A model generated the notes under the pieces. That model was given only the letters and a program-made list of their open reading frames with translations, was not told the origin of the DNA and did not search any database. Of a DNA stretch of 64,000 nt, positions 8,938-16,422 are shown piece after piece. Origin of the DNA: a virus. The position numbers and the translations under genes are program-made. The stretch is taken from positions 4,181 to 68,180 of IMG/VR virus record IMGVR_UViG_3300013132_000047. The stretch is one strand, 5' to 3'. The stretch's first letter is position 1, and the number at the start of each line of letters is the position of its first letter.

Positions 8938-9351
8938 TCAAAAATATTCCGCTCTATAAACCATATTTTTGGCAACCCACAAATTTACCCGATTTTTTAT
9001 AAATCCAGGCCCTATCAGTTCACTAGTTCCATCACGCATAACAACTCGACATTGATTGCCTCCCTGGATAGCTAAATCAAAAGCAAGTTGTTCAGTTTTG
9101 TCAATGTACTCTGGTGCATGATCAAATGCAGGTGCTAGCATAACTGAAACAATTCGGCTATTAGGCCTATTGTAAAACCAGTCTTTATACTCGATCACCA
9201 CTGAACTTTTTGTCAAAAGCTCTAATGGCCACATATCCTCATCAACAAAAGGAATGTAACTTCTATCATAGATTGGGAATTCTTTTTCAAAATCTTCTAT
9301 AAAAACTAGACCTTCTCCGGTGCTAGTTTCAATATTTACAACGTATTTCAT
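8938..9351 (-). CDS. hypothetical protein
   Basis: 137 aa, coupled TAATG overlap. Confidence 0.6.
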   Translation of the reverse strand: MKYVVNIETSTGEGLVFIEDFEKEFPIYDRSYIPFVDEDMWPLELLTKSSVVIEYKDWFYNRPNSRIVSVMLAPAFDHAPEYIDKTEQLAFDLAIQGGNQCRVVMRDGTSELIGPGFIKNRVNLWVAKNMVYRAEYF

Positions 9352-9770
9352 TATTTCTCTAGTTTCACTATTTTTAAAAAGTTATTAAAAACGCTATAAA
9401 TTAATTCACTATCTGCCGAATAGTATTCTTCTAAAACCATAATTGCATCAGATACAGTCATTTCGTTTTCGTCGTAGCTAATTGAACCTTCAGAGGTTAA
9501 AGCGCTATGGACAATTTGATGGTTCGTATTGTTCATGAGATCATACACTTCGTAAATGCGCATATCACCATAGGTGCTTTTTATTGTATCAGAATAGTTT
9601 TTTAAAGCTTCTTTTTTGCTTGTGTAATATTGATTTGTGTGCAAATATTCGCCCAAATAATCGTAGGTACAATCATTGTACTGCCGTCCTAGAGTTCCAC
9701 CAAGTAAAACGTAGAGCTCATTTGGCAATTCGACAGAATCTTTGCCGCCGTCAATGCTTAAAGTTCTCAC
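9351..9770 (-). CDS. hypothetical protein
   Basis: 139 aa ORF in operon context. Confidence 0.55.
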   Translation of the reverse strand: MRTLSIDGGKDSVELPNELYVLLGGTLGRQYNDCTYDYLGEYLHTNQYYTSKKEALKNYSDTIKSTYGDMRIYEVYDLMNNTNHQIVHSALTSEGSISYDENEMTVSDAIMVLEEYYSADSELIYSVFNNFLKIVKLEK

Positions 9771-10068
9771 TATTGTCCATTTCCTCTATTTCCCTAATGT
9801 ATTTAAACATAGAGAATTCTTGTTCGTTGATCATAGCTTTTTTGTAGTTTTTTACTAAAGCTAAAAAAGTTGATCCTATAAGAAATGAGTATAAAACATT
9901 TTTACTGCAATAAGATAGAAAACGTTTTACATCTTTGTTTGATAAATTTTTATAGTCTATTTTTTGCATTTAAATATTCCTTGATCATTGAGAAAGTGTT
10001 AGTATGTATTTCTACCAAACTTATTATCTCATTTTGGTCAAGTATAAATCTAACTTTTTTAGATTCAT

Positions 10069-10539
10069 TTATTGAAAAGTAGCGGTCGCTAACATTTTGA
10101 TTGGACATTCTGGTACCTCTTTTGTTGGCCACCAGTATTCTATATCATTTCGAACACTCCATCCGAATTGGCTGTAGTGTTCGAAATTTTTACGCAAAAG
10201 ATTGCTTTGATGAGATTGATGTAAGTTATGGTTACCAAGCCACCAAGGTTCTTTAAAGGGACCATTCAAACATTCAAAGGCTGCAATAGTTTTGTCTAAG
10301 CAGACATTGTCTTTGTAGCCTCTGGCTGTCCATTCAGCTATGGTGACAAATTGATATTCAAGAAGTTTTTCTTCATAATTTTCCCACATAAGGACTGCCG
10401 GGTGGTTTGCCCAACCAGAACTTAGGCCGCAAAGTACGTTCATAATTTGCATTGTTTCGACACGTTGCTTGCCTAAGCGTTTGTAATCTAAACATTCTAC
10501 GGTTTTTTGAAAGTCTTTATATGGAAGAAACGTTTGCAT
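10069..10539 (-). CDS. MSMEG_6728-like / pyrimidine-dimer glycosylase-like protein
   Basis: MQTFLPY..F...LD.KRLGKQRVE..QI, HPAVLMW, PWWLG...HQSHQSNLLRK. Confidence 0.85.
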   Translation of the reverse strand: MQTFLPYKDFQKTVECLDYKRLGKQRVETMQIMNVLCGLSSGWANHPAVLMWENYEEKLLEYQFVTIAEWTARGYKDNVCLDKTIAAFECLNGPFKEPWWLGNHNLHQSHQSNLLRKNFEHYSQFGWSVRNDIEYWWPTKEVPECPIKMLATATFQ

Positions 10540-10998
10540 CTAAAGTATTGTCCATTTGATGAGAGGCATTTTAATTGGAATGTCATTATTATAAAAAACG
10601 ATATAGCGAACGTATGTTTCGGCTAGGATTGTTTTACAGTAAATACACGGTGAAGTGTTAGGCATGTAGGTTAAGCTGCGCGCACGAGATCCGGCAACAT
10701 AAACAGTGCCCCCTTTTACTGGAGGAAGTTTATAGAATAAATCTAATTCCGCGTGAACACCACATATATCTGGGTAAGCATCATTTATGGTGGTAGCTCT
10801 TCTATCGAGTTTGTTGTAACCTAAGGCAGACCGTGATCCTTTTACCCATTTGGCGACCATGTTATAACTTCCACCCGAAACATGTTCCAAAGACTGTTCT
10901 CTTAGTTTATCTAAGGTTAAAATTTCTGCCTTAGAAACTTTAAGGCCAATATTATCTTTGGCAGATGTTTCGTCATATTTCAAGACGTTAAAACTCAT
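10540..10998 (-). CDS. zinc-dependent cytidine/dCMP deaminase-fold protein
   Basis: GYN...HAE...SPCIYC motif. Confidence 0.75.
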   Translation of the reverse strand: MSFNVLKYDETSAKDNIGLKVSKAEILTLDKLREQSLEHVSGGSYNMVAKWVKGSRSALGYNKLDRRATTINDAYPDICGVHAELDLFYKLPPVKGGTVYVAGSRARSLTYMPNTSPCIYCKTILAETYVRYIVFYNNDIPIKMPLIKWTIL

Positions 10999-11166
10999 TT
11001 AAACCACTTCAAAAGCTTTCATAAGGAAATCTAGTGTCTGTACGTTTGTAAAACCGTTTTCTACAATGTCTTCTATTATAGAATAAGGAAGTTTGACGTA
11101 TGTAGAGTTTATAATTGTGGCTTTGCACCAACATTCATGTTTGTCGCACAGAATTGGATCATCCAT
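10999..11166 (-). CDS. small hypothetical protein
   Basis: AAAGGAG SD then ATG 11166; the longer track ORF overlaps tRNA-Leu. Confidence 0.5.
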   Translation of the reverse strand: MDDPILCDKHECWCKATIINSTYVKLPYSIIEDIVENGFTNVQTLDFLMKAFEVV

Positions 11167-11179
11167 TTTTGCTCCTTTG

Positions 11180-11261
11180 TGCGGGTAGTGGGACTCGAAC
11201 CCACAAGCCCTAGGGCGAAGGATTTTAAGTCCTCTGCGTTTGCCGATTTCGCCATACCCGC
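11180..11261 (-). tRNA. tRNA-Leu(UAA)
   Basis: GCGGGTA acceptor; anticodon loop CT TAA AA; long variable arm. Confidence 0.93.
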
Positions 11262-11266
11262 TTGAT

Positions 11267-11977
11267 TTACGACGCTGCAAAAGATTGATCGTACTTTGGC
11301 ATGCTATTCAATTCATCTAAAAGATTGTTTTGAACTACACTATGCTTGTAGCATTGATCGCCTAATCCTTCTGTATGCATCAGGCATTCTGATTCTAGCC
11401 CAGAGATTATAAACATTTTCCTTGACTCAAACCATGTATCGCCAAGCACAACACTTTCTTGTTTCATGCATTCTATTGTTTCACGATAAACATCTGTTTC
11501 AGAATGAAGCCAGTAAAAGCAGGAATCTCTGAACACGTGATACGAAAAATTCTTGTTCTCATCGTAATCAAATGGAATATTTAAACTGACAATGTGTGAA
11601 AATATAATCTTTATGTCATCTGAAGGTAAACCTAGTTTATCTAAGATATCTAAAGATTCATAAGCAGATTTCTCAAAACCTGTGCATGAATATGCATCAA
11701 AATGAGTAAAAGCTAACAATGTAGAAAGGATAAGTAGGTCTTTATTTTTAATGGAAAATTTGCTTTGAGATAGTTGCATTAGGCAATCTAAAGCGTTTTG
11801 TATTAAATTCCAGTTAGAAAAAGTTCTGCGTGGATTTGAATAATATTCATTTAAAAGATTAAAATACTTATCTGTTATATCCATATTGCTAGGATAACAC
11901 GCGTACCTAACCATTTCTTCCCAAACGCTATACATTTCATCTATATCGTGGGAAGATTTTAAACTTTTGTATTCCAT
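11267..11977 (-). CDS. degenerate HD-superfamily (COG4339-like) protein
   Basis: YYSNPRRTF...EKSA pattern, but the catalytic His/Asp residues appear eroded. Confidence 0.4.
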   Translation of the reverse strand: MEYKSLKSSHDIDEMYSVWEEMVRYACYPSNMDITDKYFNLLNEYYSNPRRTFSNWNLIQNALDCLMQLSQSKFSIKNKDLLILSTLLAFTHFDAYSCTGFEKSAYESLDILDKLGLPSDDIKIIFSHIVSLNIPFDYDENKNFSYHVFRDSCFYWLHSETDVYRETIECMKQESVVLGDTWFESRKMFIISGLESECLMHTEGLGDQCYKHSVVQNNLLDELNSMPKYDQSFAAS

Positions 11978-11992
11978 GTTTTATCCTAGCGG

Positions 11993-12601
11993 TTAAATCT
12001 TGAAACCAAGAGCTGTTTCATCAATTTTGTCTATATGATACTCGCCAAAAAATTGAACATTGAAGTTATTTTCGGCTAAATACATCAAAACGTTAGAAGG
12101 GAGATCAGGACCCCTGGTCAATTTCATGCCCATAGCTACAATCTCATTCAATTCTTCTGAATAACATGGTTTCTCAGAGATGAGGATTTCTTCATCAAAG
12201 ATAACTTCGTTATCTACCACGTTGAACGGGAAAGGTTCTGCAACAAAACCTGCTTCGTTTGCGCTAACAGTTACGAGGGAATCTTTTACGGTTCCGTCAG
12301 CATACTCAACAGCATAACCAAAAACTATAAGAACATGAGAAGGCACAATTGTACTCGGCACCAGCATGATTGAAGCAAGCTGCTTGTAAAACTCTTGCTC
12401 ACTTTCAAAGTTTGGTGCTTCTATACGAACAACTTTGTCATCCGCCCAATAGACAAAGCAAGAAAGTACTATTTGCCGCCCGTTTAGAATATAATCTTTA
12501 TAATATTCTAAAGCTTTTAGCTTTTCTTCCTTATTGTTAGAAGGAATTTCTTCCTCAGGTTGTATAAACATAAGCCCTCCATAAAGGATAAGGGGAACCA
12601 T
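11993..12601 (-). CDS. hypothetical protein
   Basis: About 190-200 aa ORF; start may be the second Met after GGAGGG. Confidence 0.6.
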   Translation of the reverse strand: MVPLILYGGLMFIQPEEEIPSNNKEEKLKALEYYKDYILNGRQIVLSCFVYWADDKVVRIEAPNFESEQEFYKQLASIMLVPSTIVPSHVLIVFGYAVEYADGTVKDSLVTVSANEAGFVAEPFPFNVVDNEVIFDEEILISEKPCYSEELNEIVAMGMKLTRGPDLPSNVLMYLAENNFNVQFFGEYHIDKIDETALGFKI

Positions 12602-12675
12602 ATGATTCCCCTTAGTCCATCTTTTGTTTTTATCAATTACAATTAAAACTTTTTAACTTTGATGTGCGGTTTTCA

Positions 12676-13239
12676 TTATAGCCATCCAAATTTTCGGGAA
12701 CAACCAGGCCAAGCATTCCACCCGGAACGGGAAAGGACTTTTTCGGCCACTACAATTTGTTGCTCTCTGGATGCTTCCCAGGGGTGAGGCGCAAATTCGC
12801 CACCACCAAATGATAACCATGTTGAATAACTTGATTGATGCATAAACTGCAAACCTCCACCGAAACCATTTCCGGTATTAGCAGACCAATTACCGCCAGC
12901 TTCACACTGAGCTAATTGATCCCAACGAGATCCATTTCCGGGATCATAGTTAGGTGCAGTCGCAAGTCTTTGAACGCGGGCTTTCTCTGCAGCCTCTTGT
13001 TTCTGACGTTCAGTTTCTTCAACATATTTAACGATCTTCTCTATTTCAGCGGCAACAGTTGCGTTCACATCGTAACTTACTGAGTCGCTGATGGTCATAT
13101 GGTAGCTAATGCTTTCTGCAGAAGCTGAGGGATTTCCGGTACTCTGAGAGTTACCAAATATCATTAATAGGGAAGATACTATAAATATAACTACAAATAC
13201 AACAATTAAAATGTTTTTATTATACGTTAATATAGACAA
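12676..13239 (-). CDS. rpf: resuscitation-promoting factor (Rpf) transglycosylase with an N-terminal membrane anchor
   Basis: WDQLAQCEAGGNW..NTGNG..GGLQF...TW...ASREQQI.VAE......GW.AWP.C. Confidence 0.93.
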   Translation of the reverse strand: MSILTYNKNILIVVFVVIFIVSSLLMIFGNSQSTGNPSASAESISYHMTISDSVSYDVNATVAAEIEKIVKYVEETERQKQEAAEKARVQRLATAPNYDPGNGSRWDQLAQCEAGGNWSANTGNGFGGGLQFMHQSSYSTWLSFGGGEFAPHPWEASREQQIVVAEKVLSRSGWNAWPGCSRKFGWL

Positions 13240-13306
13240 AATAATTCTCCTTGTTAGGGGGACGGAACTATTAGCCTCCTTTCTTCAGGGTTATAAGAGA
13301 TTTTCG

Positions 13307-13663
13307 CTAATTTATAGCGTTTGACATTGGCTTGGTGAAGAGTTCAAACAATTCATCGTTAAATAATTTATCTAAAAGCAACGCTTCATTAGAGGAAATG
13401 AGTCCTTCTGCTTTATGAACAGCTATTTTATGGTTAATGCTTGAATTTTCATCATCGCAAATGTAAACTTTTTTTAGAACATCTTGCAGTGCAAGACTAG
13501 TTTCTAGCAAACCTTTACACACGTTTACTAAATCTATGATAGTTAAATGAATTTCTTGGGGAACCAAATCTGCTAATTGTACAAGCCAGATTTTATCTAT
13601 TGCTTCCAGCCAAGTCATCTGTTCAAGAAGATTTTGTAACTCTTCTTTTGTCGTGTTATTCAT
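13307..13663 (-). CDS. hypothetical protein
   Basis: 118 aa ORF. Confidence 0.55.
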   Translation of the reverse strand: MNNTTKEELQNLLEQMTWLEAIDKIWLVQLADLVPQEIHLTIIDLVNVCKGLLETSLALQDVLKKVYICDDENSSINHKIAVHKAEGLISSNEALLLDKLFNDELFELFTKPMSNAIN

Positions 13664-13700
13664 TTAACCAATATAGCGCATTAGCGACCGACATATCAAA

Positions 13701-14045
13701 TTAGTCGTCTGAGCCATCATCGTTGCTGGGCGAATTTACTATTCCGTCAGGAATTGCAGCTAAACGACAATAGCCATTAGGTTCAATTGAGCGAGCAACA
13801 ATTTTGCAAACATTTTCACTTTCGTAAAAGTAACAATTGCTGCACTTAACGCCAATTTCTAAATTGTCATTGTCTTCGGATTCTACGTAACCCACCCAAA
13901 TACCTTTGCCGTCTCTATCGGCAAGTTTACCGTATTTGGCAACAATTGCTAACATTGAATTGGCATACATTAGTTCTGGTTCTGGAAGACTGGCTTCGTA
14001 AAGTTTCATGAACTCGGCAAGCCAAATACTATGATTGGGATTCAT
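13701..14045 (-). CDS. HiPIP-like (high-potential iron-sulfur) domain protein
   Basis: Y......C.NC.FY....C.IV...I.P.GYC spacing typical of HiPIP. Confidence 0.6.
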   Translation of the reverse strand: MNPNHSIWLAEFMKLYEASLPEPELMYANSMLAIVAKYGKLADRDGKGIWVGYVESEDNDNLEIGVKCSNCYFYESENVCKIVARSIEPNGYCRLAAIPDGIVNSPSNDDGSDD

Positions 14046-14312
14046 AATTGCTCCTACGCTGGGTAACTTATATCCATGTCAATACATTGGTAGTAACCTA
14101 AAAAGCTTGTAGAATTCTCATTTGATGGTTTAAAATCATCAAAAATATATAACTTTTTAATACCTTTTTTTACTAAATCTGGATATTTGGCACAAAAGCT
14201 ACAATGATACAAAACATTTTCTATCTTCCGCACCAACATCTTCTCCAAGGTTTACACTCGCGGTGAAAATAGTCAAAAAATGATAAATACCACCAATAAG
14301 TTTTGCTCATAG

Positions 14313-14384
14313 CGCCCTCGCCAAGATTTGAACTTGGGCACATGGTTTAGGAAACCAATGCTCTATCCCCTGAGCTACGAGGGC
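14313..14384 (-). tRNA. tRNA-Arg(CCU)
   Basis: GCCCTCG acceptor; anticodon loop TT CCT AA. Confidence 0.92.
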
Positions 14385-14670
14385 TCTGAAAACTCTTTGA
14401 ATCTAGTCCATGCAGCACGGCATGCTGCGTTAAGAGTTCTAAGATCTTCTTGCACTAATTCGTGACTACCTGTTACTTCGCGTTCCACCATTTCTAGTGG
14501 AAGAAAAACTGCTATATTTTGAATTTTAGTCTCGTACCGGTCTGTTTCCACAGATCTTACACCTTCCCCAAGAATTGATAGACAAAATCAACCATTCTCT
14601 ACAGCAATAAACCTTCAGCAGTAGTTCTTCTGGTATTGATTCATCTGGATGAACATGTTTTGAAATTATC

Positions 14671-15039
14671 CTACCCATTGATTACTCGACTAGACCCATC
14701 TGCATAAATAATTTCGTTTGTATTGTCGTTAAAAGTCCAAGAGTAATTACAACAAAAATCTTCATTGGGCTTTAAAGGATGTAGGCCTTTATTTTTGTGG
14801 TTGCGAAGTTTAGGAATTTGCGACCAAAAATCAACAGAACATTCATGACATAGACGGAGCTTTATTGCTGGCTCATTGTAATCGTCGATAAAACCTTCGT
14901 AATAACCATCAACAATAACAATAAGGCCATTTTCTGCCAGCCAATCGTCACTATTTTCGTAGTGTGCGTTAAATCCTTCAGAAACAAGGATTTCTTTTTC
15001 GCATTTATCGCATTGAGCTTTCATGATTGATTGCTCCAA
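14671..15039 (-). CDS. Cys-rich hypothetical protein
   Basis: CDKC, CHEC and CC motifs. Confidence 0.55.
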   Translation of the reverse strand: MEQSIMKAQCDKCEKEILVSEGFNAHYENSDDWLAENGLIVIVDGYYEGFIDDYNEPAIKLRLCHECSVDFWSQIPKLRNHKNKGLHPLKPNEDFCCNYSWTFNDNTNEIIYADGSSRVING

Positions 15040-15070
15040 TCGAAACGGTGTCTTTCATTGACCTATTACT

Positions 15071-15376
15071 TTAATCTTCAATAACATCTAGATAGTCAAG
15101 CGCGCTACGAAAAACTTCTCGATCTACAGCAAACTGACTGATAGTTCTATAATTCCTGTCGTTACCGGTCTCAGTGTACTTTGCTATAGTTATGAAGAGA
15201 ATATCTTTTATGATTTCTAAACCTATTACTTCATCGCTGTTGGTATCTACGTCTTGAATCCAGACTGTAGAATACTTGTTGTTATTTGGGCTTATAATTT
15301 GCTGCATAAGTTTGTTTATTTGACTATCAGCAATTCTTCTTGCTGATTCTATATCGTTCAAAGAAATTGAAGACAT
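15071..15376 (-). CDS. hypothetical protein
   Basis: 101 aa ORF with AAGGGG SD. Confidence 0.55.
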   Translation of the reverse strand: MSSISLNDIESARRIADSQINKLMQQIISPNNNKYSTVWIQDVDTNSDEVIGLEIIKDILFITIAKYTETGNDRNYRTISQFAVDREVFRSALDYLDVIED

Positions 15377-15385
15377 TGTTACCCC

Positions 15386-15754
15386 TTACTTTTTTCCTTT
15401 TTGGAAATTTCCAATAAGATGTCTTGTAATTTTTGACATAACGGCCGCTAATTCTTGTGATTCAACAATTTCGTCGTCATATTGACGATCGGGGTAATTG
15501 TTAAAATAATCTTCTTTAGCAAACCAGTATAGAAATTCACACGCTTTTTGCGCTTTAATCAAATCAGTAACGGTTACTGATTTAGATTTAAGACTTTCGA
15601 TTTCGTTTGCTGCATCTTCAAAAATTCTACCAGATAGCATAGTGACAACTAAAGCGGCACTATCTGCTGCTTCTGCAAAAAAACGTAGTTCTTCAACAAT
15701 ATCTAGTTCTTTATCATTTAAATCTATTTTAGTGTTTTTTATTTCATTTTGCAT
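15386..15754 (-). CDS. hypothetical protein
   Basis: 122 aa; DIVEELR...AANEIESL phage motif. Confidence 0.55.
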   Translation of the reverse strand: MQNEIKNTKIDLNDKELDIVEELRFFAEAADSAALVVTMLSGRIFEDAANEIESLKSKSVTVTDLIKAQKACEFLYWFAKEDYFNNYPDRQYDDEIVESQELAAVMSKITRHLIGNFQKGKK

Positions 15755-15755
15755 A

Positions 15756-15971
15756 TTAAAACGAATCTATTTTCATTAAAATTATTTTATTTGAGCCGTT
15801 AGGATTTTTAAGTTCACCCAGTTGATTCGGGCAGTTCCATCCGCTAAATCTTGTATAAGAATCATGCTTGTCTGCGTCAAAAGCTTCATTGCAACACACA
15901 AGCCATGGACGATTATCGTCTGTCCACCCATCTTGACGGTGTATTGTATAAAATTGTTCTAAAGTCTTCAT
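15756..15971 (-). CDS. small hypothetical protein
   Basis: AGGGAG SD then ATG 15971; the track ORF extends into the tRNA-like element. Confidence 0.5.
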   Translation of the reverse strand: MKTLEQFYTIHRQDGWTDDNRPWLVCCNEAFDADKHDSYTRFSGWNCPNQLGELKNPNGSNKIILMKIDSF

Positions 15972-15985
15972 CGTTTGCTCCCTTG

Positions 15986-16061
15986 TCCGGGCGGCTGGGA
16001 TTGAACCAGCGTGTACCAACTACCCTTTCGACTGTATATAAGACAGAGGGGATACGCCCGG
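15986..16061 (-). tRNA. non-canonical tRNA-like RNA, anticodon UAU (Ile?), lacking a normal D arm
   Basis: CCGGGCG/CGCCCGG acceptor, GCTGG-TTCAATC-CCAGC T arm, CTGT-CTTATAT-ACAG anticodon arm; a D-loop-like AGTTGGTA lies 3' of the anticodon arm. Confidence 0.7.
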
Positions 16062-16067
16062 CTATTT

Positions 16068-16292
16068 TTAGATAAATTCACGCGTAAAATATATTACGAA
16101 TTTATCATAACCAGGTATTACCCCAAGTCTACTGCCATTGAGCCATTTTACAAAAATGGTTCCAGTATCGTCGATATAGTCTATAGTACCAGTATCTCCG
16201 GTTTTAAGGTTTGTGTATGGATCGTCTGTTTTAACTAAAACAATTTTTTGACCAATTAAAACATCTTTAATATCTCGACTTTTTATTTGCAT
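16068..16292 (-). CDS. DUF4314 family protein
   Basis: DDPYTNL..GDTGT...IDD.GTI.VKW.NGS.LG.IPG.D. Confidence 0.85.
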   Translation of the reverse strand: MQIKSRDIKDVLIGQKIVLVKTDDPYTNLKTGDTGTIDYIDDTGTIFVKWLNGSRLGVIPGYDKFVIYFTREFI

Positions 16293-16310
16293 TATGCTCC
16301 TTTTGATGGG

Positions 16311-16418
16311 TGGGCAGTTTTGAAAGACATACCCAGGTCTTACGTGTTCAGCCTGGAGTTTCTATGTCCTGGCATTTATTTAGTTGTGTGGAGTAGTTTT
16401 ATGACATACCCCAGGTCA
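16311..16418 (-). promoter_or_regulatory. two tandem H-type pseudoknot motifs (GACCTGG(G)GTATGTC...AAAACT(A/G)C(T/C)C)
   Basis: Near-identical repeats at 16311-16339 and 16389-16418; in both, the loop pairs with the downstream segment. Confidence 0.55.
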
Positions 16419-16422
16419 ATTT

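Noticed and set aside
13245-13306. c-di-AMP (ydaO) riboswitch upstream of rpf
   Set aside because: The intergenic space is too short and lacks the conserved ydaO motifs.
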